Positions 36,483 through 43,856 of a stretch of DNA of 43,856 bases are shown here, piece by piece (position 1 is the stretch's first letter; the number at the start of each line of letters is the position of its first letter). The position numbers and the translations under genes were made by a program. The stretch is from Omnitrophica bacterium GWA2_41_15 (GTDB lineage Bacteria > Omnitrophota > Gorgyraeia > Gygaellales > Profunditerraquicolaceae), in the NCBI GenBank assembly GCA_919902445.1, contig CAKKQZ010000011.1, positions 12,783 to 56,638 on the forward strand, written 5' to 3'. The notes beneath the pieces are model-generated. The model saw only the letters and a program-made list of their open reading frames with translations. It was not told where the DNA came from and did not search any database.

Positions 36483-38330
36483 ATGGCAAATAACCGTAAG
36501 CAAAAGATGAACAATATACTCAGGCGCTCTCCCTTCGGCTGGATATTGGCGATAATAATATTCTTCCTCTTGATTAACTCTTTAAATATTCCTATAACCG
36601 GCGTGCCTAAGGAGCTGTCTTATAGCGAGTTTTACCAGGTCCTAAAGAATGGCCCTGAAAAAATTAAGTCCGTAACCAAGGTTGAGTCTATCTTGCAAGG
36701 TGAATTTGCAGATGGTTCCAAATTCTTTGTCAATATTCCCGATAATGACCCTGAACTACTTAGCGCCATGCGCCAGAACCTTAAACATTTTGATGTTAAA
36801 CCGCCACGCACTTTCTGGATAAGCCTGCTTTTTAATTTAGGCCCTATTATGCTTCTGATTTTTTTCTGGTGGATGATGGCTGCGCGCGGCGAGCAGCTGG
36901 GAAACAGGATTATGGGTTTTGGCAAGGTGCGCCCTAAGATTCAAAGCGAAAGGGAGAAGGCAACCTTTAATGATGTTGCCGGGGTTGACGAGGCCAAAGA
37001 AGAACTAAAAGAGGTAATCGATTTTTTAAGCGACCCGAAAAAATTCCAGAAGTTAGGCGGGAAGATTCCGAAAGGAGTTTTGCTTGTCGGCCCTCCCGGT
37101 TGCGGTAAAACGCTTATTGCAAGGGCCGTTGCCGGAGAAGCGGGGGTGCCTTTTTTTAGCATATCAGGGTCGGATTTTGTTGAGATGTTTGTTGGCGTTG
37201 GGGCAAGCCGCGTCCGTGATTTATTTGAACAGGGCAGGCGCGCCGCAAAAGTATCCGGTAAAGGGTCAATAATTTTTATTGACGAAATAGACGCGGTCGG
37301 CCGCTTGCGTTTTTCCGGAATTGGCGGAGGCCATGATGAACGAGAGCAGACGCTGAATGCGTTGCTTGTGGAGATGGATGGTTTTGATACTGCCCAGGGG
37401 ATTATATTGATTGCCGCAACCAACAGGCCCGATACTTTAGATCCGGCCCTTCTTCGGCCGGGAAGGTTTGACCGGACTATTATTGTAAATTTACCCGATA
37501 TCAAAGGAAGAGAGGAGATACTTAAGGTCCATACCAGAAAGATTAAACTTGCGCCTTCAGCAGACCTTAAAGCTGTTGCCTCTTCTACTCCGGGTTTTTC
37601 CGGAGCTGACCTTGCTAATCTTTGCAATGAGGCTGCGCTTCTTGGGGCAAGGGCCAATAAAGAGGCAGTGGACGAAGTAGATTTTGATAAATCAGTTGAG
37701 AGAGTACTTATGGGCCCGGAAAAAAAGAGCCACATTATGTCTAAAAAGGAAAAAGATATTACATCTTTACATGAATCAGGCCATGCGCTCCTTTCTTTGC
37801 TTTTACCCGAGATAGACCCGCTTAAAAAAGTATCCATTATTCCAAGGGGCCTGGCAGGCGGTTATACTTTTACCGCTCCGATAGAGGACAGGCATTATTT
37901 AGGCAAAAAAGAGCTTTTTGCAAGGATTATGGTAATGCTCGGCGGCCGCGTATCAGAAGAGATTAATCTGGATGATATCACCACAGGTGCTCAGGATGAC
38001 CTGGAAAAGGCAACGCAGATTGCCCGGCATATGGTCACGCACTTCGGGATGTCCGAAAAGCTCGGACATATGACATTGGGCAGGCGCGAAGGGCTTTTGT
38101 TTCTCGGACGCGACATTATGGAGGAAAAGAATTACAGCGATGAAACCGCGCGGCTCATAGATGAAGAAGTTAAAAGAATAGTGGATGAGGCCTACCTTAA
38201 AGCAAAGGCACTATTGCAGCAGAATATCGATAAATTAAAGCTCCTCTCAAACACTTTACTGGAAAAGGAAGTGTTAAGCGGAGAAGAAGTAAAACGTTTA
38301 TTGGCAATGGAAAAAGCCGACCTCACCTAA
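36483..38330 (+). CDS. ftsH: ATP-dependent zinc metalloprotease FtsH
   Basis: Two TM segments, [29 protein letters not shown]. Confidence 0.98.
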   Translation: MANNRKQKMNNILRRSPFGWILAIIIFFLLINSLNIPITGVPKELSYSEFYQVLKNGPEKIKSVTKVESILQGEFADGSKFFVNIPDNDPELLSAMRQNLKHFDVKPPRTFWISLLFNLGPIMLLIFFWWMMAARGEQLGNRIMGFGKVRPKIQSEREKATFNDVAGVDEAKEELKEVIDFLSDPKKFQKLGGKIPKGVLLVGPPGCGKTLIARAVAGEAGVPFFSISGSDFVEMFVGVGASRVRDLFEQGRRAAKVSGKGSIIFIDEIDAVGRLRFSGIGGGHDEREQTLNALLVEMDGFDTAQGIILIAATNRPDTLDPALLRPGRFDRTIIVNLPDIKGREEILKVHTRKIKLAPSADLKAVASSTPGFSGADLANLCNEAALLGARANKEAVDEVDFDKSVERVLMGPEKKSHIMSKKEKDITSLHESGHALLSLLLPEIDPLKKVSIIPRGLAGGYTFTAPIEDRHYLGKKELFARIMVMLGGRVSEEINLDDITTGAQDDLEKATQIARHMVTHFGMSEKLGHMTLGRREGLLFLGRDIMEEKNYSDETARLIDEEVKRIVDEAYLKAKALLQQNIDKLKLLSNTLLEKEVLSGEEVKRLLAMEKADLT

Positions 38331-38341
38331 ACCCCTTAGAA

Positions 38342-39526
38342 ATGCGCGTACTCCAAACAGACCGCCCCGAATATATTAAACAAATAATGCAGGATATAAA
38401 AGTTGACCCCTATGGCATTGAGATCATGTATCCCAAAGCCATGCATTATCTTATCCGCATGAACTCAGTTTCAAATATCGCGGCAAACATACTCAAACAA
38501 GAGATGCTCTCTTTAGGTGGCGATGTGGCGGTAGCCAGAGGCGCGCTCACCGGCAAGGTGAATAAAACAGATTGCCTTGTAATGGGAAATCTTTCTCAGT
38601 TTAGCTTATTAAGTGAGAAGTTAAGCAGGCAGCCTTTCGGGTTAAATAGATTATCCGTAGAGCTTTCTTGTGTATTAAGCAATTATCAAAAAGAGAAGTT
38701 TGTCTTGGATTTGGGTAGGTATAAATTAAAGCTCGGTAACGGTACGCATATTATGGGAGTTTTAAACCTTACGCCCGATTCTTTTAGCGGCGACGGGCTT
38801 TATGGCAGAAAAACAGAAGAGATAATCGAGCATGCGCAAAGGCTAGCGAGCGACGGAGCTGATATCCTGGATATCGGGGGAGAATCGAGTAGGCCCGGAG
38901 CCGTTGTAGTTCAAGAAAAAGAAGAATTAAAAAGGGTAATCCCTGTAATAAAATTACTTGTGAAAAAAGTAAAGGTGCCTATATCCATAGATACTTATAA
39001 ACCGCAAGTAGCTAGGGCAGCATTGGATAGCGGTGCCCTCATTGTAAATGATATATCGGGATTAAGAAATCCAAGGATGGGGAGAATAGTTGCGCAATAT
39101 AGGGCCGCTGTTGTAATCATGCATAGGAAAGGAAATACTCTGTCGATGCAGAAGAACCCCCGGTATGAATCTCTAATAGACGAAATACTGCAGTATCTTG
39201 AAAAGGCAATCAACAGGGGAGTTGAAGCAGGGATTGATAAAGATAAGATTATAGTTGACCCAGGAATAGGTTTCGGAAAAACTACAGAGCACAACCTTGA
39301 AATATTACAAAACCTTAGTGATTTTAAAGCGCTCGGCAGGCCTATATTAGTAGGCACTTCAAGAAAATCTTTTATAGGCAAAATCTTAAATGCCAAACCA
39401 CGGGAAAGGATTTTTGGAACAGTATCCAGCTGCGTATTGGCGGTGAAAAACGGTGCCAAAATAATCCGCACGCATGATTGCCTAGAGATTAAACAGGCAT
39501 TAAGGGTATTAGATGAGGTGCGCTAA
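38342..39526 (+). CDS. folP: Dihydropteroate synthase with N-terminal extension
   Basis: MGVLNLTPDSFS, DIGGESSRPG, DPGIGFGK, SRKSF, RTHD. Confidence 0.95.
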   Translation: MRVLQTDRPEYIKQIMQDIKVDPYGIEIMYPKAMHYLIRMNSVSNIAANILKQEMLSLGGDVAVARGALTGKVNKTDCLVMGNLSQFSLLSEKLSRQPFGLNRLSVELSCVLSNYQKEKFVLDLGRYKLKLGNGTHIMGVLNLTPDSFSGDGLYGRKTEEIIEHAQRLASDGADILDIGGESSRPGAVVVQEKEELKRVIPVIKLLVKKVKVPISIDTYKPQVARAALDSGALIVNDISGLRNPRMGRIVAQYRAAVVIMHRKGNTLSMQKNPRYESLIDEILQYLEKAINRGVEAGIDKDKIIVDPGIGFGKTTEHNLEILQNLSDFKALGRPILVGTSRKSFIGKILNAKPRERIFGTVSSCVLAVKNGAKIIRTHDCLEIKQALRVLDEVR

Positions 39527-39547
39527 GGGCAGGGTAAATAGATAGAG

Positions 39548-40318
39548 ATGGGCGAGTTGAGCATGCTAATAACCTGGAAACCGATAATTGAAATACTGAT
39601 ACTTTGGTTTGTGATCTATCACATTATGCTCTTCTTTGAAGGAACGCGCGCTATTTCTGTATTAAGGGGGATTGTAATTGTCCTAGTCGCATTCTTTTTA
39701 TTTGAAAAACTAAACCTACAGGTGTTAAACTGGTTGTTTACAAAATTATTCGGCATATCAATCATAGCTATTTTGATAATCTTTCATCCTGAAATAAGGC
39801 AGGGATTAGCGCGGCTTGGCCAGAGGCATCTTTTTTCTCCCGCTTTAAGGGAGGAAGAACTGGACTATATGCTACGAGAAATAGGCATTGCGGCGGATAG
39901 CCTCTCCAGGAATAAAATCGGGGCCCTTATTGCCATTGAGAAGAATGATCCGTTATCCGGCTATATTGAAAGCGGAGTTAGTGTTGATGCGCGCGTTAGC
40001 GCGGAATTAATCGAAGCGATATTTACTCCGAATAATCCGCTTCATGACGGAGGTTTGATTATTCAGCAGGGAAGAATCGCTGCAGCCGGATGTTTATTTC
40101 CGCTTTCAGAGAATAAAGAATTAAACCGTATATTCGGCACAAGGCATAGGGCAGCTTTAGGTTTAAGTGAAGAAACCGATGCCGTAGTAATCATTATTTC
40201 CGAAGAAAGGCAGGATATATCCTTAGTTTACAGGAATAGGTTATATAAAGATTTAAGCAGAGAAGATATGCTCCTTAAGATAAAAGAGGTTATAAAACTT
40301 ACAAAAGAGAATGATTAA
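39548..40318 (+). CDS. cdaA: Membrane diadenylate cyclase CdaA/DacA
   Basis: Three TM segments, PE.R..L, LHDG, GTRHRAA.G.SE. Confidence 0.95.
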   Translation: MGELSMLITWKPIIEILILWFVIYHIMLFFEGTRAISVLRGIVIVLVAFFLFEKLNLQVLNWLFTKLFGISIIAILIIFHPEIRQGLARLGQRHLFSPALREEELDYMLREIGIAADSLSRNKIGALIAIEKNDPLSGYIESGVSVDARVSAELIEAIFTPNNPLHDGGLIIQQGRIAAAGCLFPLSENKELNRIFGTRHRAALGLSEETDAVVIIISEERQDISLVYRNRLYKDLSREDMLLKIKEVIKLTKEND

Positions 40319-40448
40319 AGAAAAAGCCAGTATTGTTTACAGGGTTAGGCATTTGTTTATTTATCATCCCTGGCTAAAAATCCTCGCTTTAATACTGGCG
40401 ATTATAGTATGGCATTATGCCAGTGATGAGATAAGCAGGTTTAACTAA
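40311..40448 (+). CDS. 45-aa membrane peptide resembling the CdaR (YbbR) N-terminal TM segment only
   Basis: Not in the ORF track; translates to MIKEKASIVYRVRHLFIYHPWLKILALILAIIVWHYASDEISRFN; overlaps the cdaA stop by 8 nt. Confidence 0.7.
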   Translation: MIKEKASIVYRVRHLFIYHPWLKILALILAIIVWHYASDEISRFN

Positions 40449-40502
40449 TTCGCGCAGATAACTTACTCGCACTGTCGTGTTCGTAAGTTATGCGCTCATT
40501 AA
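40446..40502 (+). repeat. Family A hairpin repeat, copy A7
   Basis: TAATTCGCGCAGATAACTTACTC...TCGTAAGTTATGCGCTCATTAA. Confidence 0.9.
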
Positions 40503-40504
40503 AT

Positions 40505-41281
40505 ATGCCGAAATTAGGGGTAAACATAGACCATGTTGCCACTTTAAGGCAGGTTCGCCAGGGGATAGAGCCGGAGCCGGTATTGGCTGCATTAATCTGC
40601 GAGGCATCAGGCGCTGACGGGATAGTGGTGCATTTAAGGGAGGACCGCCGCCACGTTCAGGATAACGACGTTTATATTTTAAAAAAGTGCGTGAAGACAA
40701 AATTAAATCTAGAGATGTCTGTTGTTCCTGAGATTGTAAGGATAGCCTGCAAAGTAAAACCGGATCAGGCAACATTGGTGCCTGAGCGAAGGCAGGAATT
40801 AACTACAGAGGGTGGTTTGGATGTAGCTGCTAATTTCAAGAGAGTAAAACAGGCAGTAGAAAGATTGCACGAAAGCGGAATAAGGGTGAGTTTATTTATT
40901 GATCCCGATGAAAAACAGATAGATGCATCAAAAAAGTCCGGGGTTGGGATGATAGAATTGCATACCGGACGCTACGGCGATGCTAAAGGTAAGAAAAAGC
41001 AGGATAAATATTTTAAAGAACTTCAAAATGCAGCCGCCTTTGCTATAAACAAAGGCTTGATTGTAAACGCCGGGCATGGGTTGGATTATTATAATGTGGC
41101 GAGGGTTGCGAGAATCAAAGGTATAGAGGAATTGAATATCGGTTATTCCATTGTCTGCCGCGCTGTATTAGTAGGTTTAAGCAGGGCAGTAAAAGAGATG
41201 AAGGAATTGATTAGCACTGCAGTAGGGACTGTCCCCGTCAGAGCTAAGGCTACGCCTCGCAAGAGGGACTGTCTCTACTAA
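40505..41281 (+). CDS. pdxJ: Pyridoxine 5'-phosphate synthase; C-terminal tail is repeat-derived
   Basis: LGVNIDHVATLR, HLREDRRH, TTEGGL, IELHTG, AGHGL; start set at ATG 40505. Confidence 0.96.
   Translation: MPKLGVNIDHVATLRQVRQGIEPEPVLAALICEASGADGIVVHLREDRRHVQDNDVYILKKCVKTKLNLEMSVVPEIVRIACKVKPDQATLVPERRQELTTEGGLDVAANFKRVKQAVERLHESGIRVSLFIDPDEKQIDASKKSGVGMIELHTGRYGDAKGKKKQDKYFKELQNAAAFAINKGLIVNAGHGLDYYNVARVARIKGIEELNIGYSIVCRAVLVGLSRAVKEMKELISTAVGTVPVRAKATPRKRDCLY
41224..41276. repeat. Family B doublet in the pdxJ 3' end
   Basis: AGGGACTGTCCCCGTCAGAGCTA...AGAGGGACTGTCTCT. Confidence 0.85.
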
Positions 41282-41326
41282 GCGAGATAAGGATAGAAGG
41301 ACTAATTACGCCAAAGAGATGTCGAT

Positions 41327-41683
41327 ATGATTTTGGGTACAGGTGTAGATATTACTGAGGTCAGGCGCCTTAAACAGGCCGTAGAAAAATGGGGGAAGGA
41401 TTTTTTAAACAGGATATTTACAAAAGAAGAGCTGGAGAACGCTAAGACGCGCGGAAGCCTTTATCAGCATTTAGCCGGAAGGTTCGCAGCTAAAGAAGCG
41501 GTGTTTAAGGCAGTAGGGGATAAGAATTTAACCTGGAAGGATGTGCAGATTTTGAATGATAAAGAGGGAAAACCTCTTTGTGTCCTTTTAAATGGTAAAG
41601 GTAAGAGGCTGGACGTACATATATCCATTTCCCATGTGAAAACCTATGCGGTTGCCAACGCAATTATTACGCAGAAGCCCTGA
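41327..41683 (+). CDS. acpS: Holo-ACP synthase
   Basis: G.GVDI, LAGRFAAKEA, GKP, SISH. Confidence 0.95.
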   Translation: MILGTGVDITEVRRLKQAVEKWGKDFLNRIFTKEELENAKTRGSLYQHLAGRFAAKEAVFKAVGDKNLTWKDVQILNDKEGKPLCVLLNGKGKRLDVHISISHVKTYAVANAIITQKP

Positions 41684-42509
41684 TGCGCATAAGGGGGACT
41701 TCGGGCATATTCTTATGCTGGCTGGTTCGGCAAGATTTTCCGGGGCAGCGGTTTTATGCGCTCAAGCGGCATATCGTTGCGGCGCAGGGTTAGTTACTCT
41801 GGGTATACCCAAAAGCTTAAATACAGCAATAATAAAAATAAAGCCCAAAGAGGCAATGACCCTGCCGTTACCGGAAACCAAAGAGGGCACTTTAAGTTCA
41901 GGCGCTTTTAAACAAGTAAAATATTTTTCTAAAAATATAGATGTTGTAGTGATAGGGCCGGGGCTTACGCAGAATAAATCAACTCAGGCGTTCGCAAGAA
42001 AAGTTATTTCCGGAATAAATAAACCGATGGTGATAGATGCCGATGGCTTAAATGCTTTAGCTGGCCACTTAAAGATTTTACGCACACCGCACAGCGCAGT
42101 CCGCACACGCGTATTGACTCCGCATCCCGGAGAAATGTCCAGGCTATTAGGGGTAAGTGTAAAAAAGGCTCAAAGCAGCAGGAAAGAAACCGCCATCAAT
42201 TTTGCTAAAGATTATAAAGTAACCTTGGCACTTAAAGGCCATAATACAGTAGTTGCGGATTACAATGGCAGCCTATATGTAAATAAAACAGGAAATCCCG
42301 GAATGGCGACAGCCGGAAGCGGGGATGTTTTAACCGGTATAATTGCGGCATTCCTTGGGCAGGGCCTTGACGCTTTTAGCGCGGCGAAGTTTGCGGTTTA
42401 TCTGCACGGATTAGCAGGGGATTTGGCAGCTAAAGAAAAAACTCAAACTAGCTTGATTGCTTCTGATATAATAGATAAGATACCGAAGGCGATAAAGAGG
42501 TGTAGTTAA
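41646..42509 (+). CDS. nnrD: ADP-dependent NAD(P)H-hydrate dehydratase (stand-alone NnrD)
   Basis: HKGDFG, GPGL, DADGL, TPHPGE, MATAGSGDVL; overlaps acpS by 38 nt. Confidence 0.93.
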   Translation: MRLPTQLLRRSPDAHKGDFGHILMLAGSARFSGAAVLCAQAAYRCGAGLVTLGIPKSLNTAIIKIKPKEAMTLPLPETKEGTLSSGAFKQVKYFSKNIDVVVIGPGLTQNKSTQAFARKVISGINKPMVIDADGLNALAGHLKILRTPHSAVRTRVLTPHPGEMSRLLGVSVKKAQSSRKETAINFAKDYKVTLALKGHNTVVADYNGSLYVNKTGNPGMATAGSGDVLTGIIAAFLGQGLDAFSAAKFAVYLHGLAGDLAAKEKTQTSLIASDIIDKIPKAIKRCS

Positions 42510-42926
42510 ATGGCTATTACAAAACAAAAAGGGGATATTGCAGAGGCTTTTATTGTTTATTCACTCAAGCAAAATGGATTTAATGTTCTTTTGCCTTGGG
42601 GGGAAGATAATAGGTATGATCTTGTCAGCGAAAAGAACGGAGTCTTTAAGCGCATTCAAGTTAAGTATGCCACGCCTAAAGATGGCACAGTCGAAGTAAG
42701 AATGAGAAGTTGTAATAATTACAATATTATACATTACTCGCCAAAGGATATAGATATCATTGCTGTATTTTCTCCCAAAGAAAATAAAGTATATTTTGTT
42801 CCCTTAAATGGTTTTAAGAATAAAAGTACATGTAAATTGCGAATATCGCCAACAAAAAACAAACAAAAGAAACTTGTAATCATGGCTTCTAAATATGAAT
42901 CTAGATTCGATCTGCTTGAAAAATAA
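42510..42926 (+). CDS. PD-(D/E)XK endonuclease of the group I intron-associated type (PDDEXK_5-like)
   Basis: KGDIAE, P.G...RYDLV, RIQVK and Y....ID motifs. Confidence 0.85.
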   Translation: MAITKQKGDIAEAFIVYSLKQNGFNVLLPWGEDNRYDLVSEKNGVFKRIQVKYATPKDGTVEVRMRSCNNYNIIHYSPKDIDIIAVFSPKENKVYFVPLNGFKNKSTCKLRISPTKNKQKKLVIMASKYESRFDLLEK

Positions 42927-42930
42927 TTTT

Positions 42931-43003
42931 GCTGGCGTAGCTCAGTTGGTAGAGCTCCTCACTTGTAATGAGGAGGTCGCCCGTTCAATTCGGGTCGCCA
43001 GCT
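42931..43003 (+). tRNA. tRNA-Thr(TGT)
   Basis: GCTGGCG/CGCCAGC stem, CCTCA-CTTGTAA-TGAGG arm; CCA not encoded. Confidence 0.95.
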
Positions 43004-43021
43004 TTGATATAATTAATATTG

Positions 43022-43107
43022 GGGCAGGTACCCAAGCGGCCAAAGGGGACAGACTGTAAATCTGTTGCACTTGTGCTTCAGAGGTTCGAATCCTCTCCTG
43101 CCCACCA
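43022..43107 (+). tRNA. tRNA-Tyr(GTA)
   Basis: GGGCAGG/CCTGCCC stem, ACAGA-CTGTAAA-TCTGT arm, long variable arm, CCA. Confidence 0.96.
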
Positions 43108-43202
43108 GCTTTTGTTTTACGAAAGCAAGGCAAAAGCGTAGTCCCGAGCGGCATTGATTTAATTGAAACCGCGAGGGAACAAAGATTAACTTGTGGTACG
43201 AC

Positions 43203-43273
43203 GCGGGTGTAGTTCAATGGTAGAACAATAGCCTTCCAAGCTATATATGTCGGTCCGATTCCGATCACCCGCT
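43203..43273 (+). tRNA. tRNA-Gly(TCC)
   Basis: GCGGGTG/CACCCGC stem, ATAGC-CTTCCAA-GCTAT arm; T-loop TCCGATT. Confidence 0.93.
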
Positions 43274-43323
43274 AATAAAACAGGCGGATGGAGGAATAGC
43301 GCTGACGAATTGAGGAATGTGAT

Positions 43324-43856
43324 ATGTCTGAGGAACTTTTAAAGCCGGTTTTTATCGATGCCTTTGACCTGGATGATGCATGGTTTCAATGCCTATCGGA
43401 AATCCTGGAAAAAGGGCACGTATATACCATAACCCGCGGCAGCTATGAGGGGCAGAAGCGCCTGGAGTTTGATTTTGTAACAATTAGAGTCAGGAAACCA
43501 GCCCACCAAATTATACCTATAATACCGGAAGGAATGAGTATCCCTGTGCCTACCGATATGGATTATATTCAGGGTTATTTGAGTTATCTTTTAACCGGCT
43601 CAAAAACCCAAACAGAGGATTATACATACGGAGAGAGGCTGGTTGACCCTAAGGTAAGGATAAAACAGGATGTCGACGGAAAAGAGCTGGTTAAAGAAAT
43701 GCCTTTGAATGTTAATCAGGTTGAGGAGGTCATTAAGCTTTTTAAGGAAAAAGGCGAGGGGACAAACCAGGCAACTATGGAAATAGGCATGCCCGGAGAT
43801 ATAAAATTGGTTGATCCCCCTTGCCTCAGGATAATCGACACAAGGGTCAGATACGG
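43324..43856 (+). CDS. Thymidylate synthase-like protein (archaeal-like ThyA), 3' end truncated by the window
   Basis: Open frame from ATG 43324 behind GAGGA: MSEELLKPVFI..LDDAWFQCL..YTYGERL..NQVEEVI..DPPCLR. Confidence 0.75.
   Translation, partial: MSEELLKPVFIDAFDLDDAWFQCLSEILEKGHVYTITRGSYEGQKRLEFDFVTIRVRKPAHQIIPIIPEGMSIPVPTDMDYIQGYLSYLLTGSKTQTEDYTYGERLVDPKVRIKQDVDGKELVKEMPLNVNQVEEVIKLFKEKGEGTNQATMEIGMPGDIKLVDPPCLRIIDTRVRY

Noticed and set aside
36941-37837. 298-aa antisense ORF within ftsH and similar shorter antisense ORFs across the window
   Set aside because: These are shadow ORFs of conserved genes, with no independent motifs or RBS
38342-38730. About 130-aa N-terminal extension of FolP
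   Set aside because: Long-form dihydropteroate synthases are known in several lineages, so this is not evidently novel
43108-43178. Two hairpins between tRNA-Tyr and tRNA-Gly as a possible tRNA remnant or intron
   Set aside because: No cloverleaf or intron core is present; most simply these are spacer or repeat hairpins
42942-43268. 108-aa minus-strand ORF
   Set aside because: It is an antisense translation of three tRNA genes

Overview
Mostly + strand housekeeping region of an anaerobic diderm bacterium; gene content and style suggest a PVC-group organism such as Ca. Omnitrophota (inference only). In order, the window holds: tRNA-Ile2 and tRNA-Val, a Zn-ribbon protein, rnhA, RNase P RNA, yebC-ruvC-ruvA-scpB, pheA-hisC-aroF-tyrA-cmk and lepA-lepB-pgsA-like-plsY. 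Next is an accessory block with a small hypothetical gene, a candidate sRNA, a TPR/outer-membrane barrel protein and a convergent GH161-like glucan phosphorylase. It continues with gatCAB-ctpA-deacetylase-tsaD, an mgtC-like gene, a bactofilin-HTH fusion plus an HTH-TM gene, larB, an fmdE-like gene and the Wood-Ljungdahl corrinoid module (acsC, RACo, acsD, acsE). The last part is dgkA, tRNA-Met, tilS-ftsH-folP-cdaA-miniCdaR-pdxJ-acpS-nnrD, a PD-(D/E)XK homing-type nuclease, tRNA-Thr/Tyr/Gly and a truncated ThyA-like gene. The most unusual items are three. (1) A bactofilin fused to an excisionase-type HTH sits next to a tail-anchored HTH protein, a candidate DNA-cytoskeleton-membrane tether. (2) Several families of short palindromic repeats show clear compensatory base changes, form mosaics, supply stop codons and RBS-proximal sequence, and lie inside gatA, pdxJ, acsD and the RNase P RNA. 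(3) A transmembrane-only CdaR follows cdaA. All calls come from reading the sequence; no searches were run.
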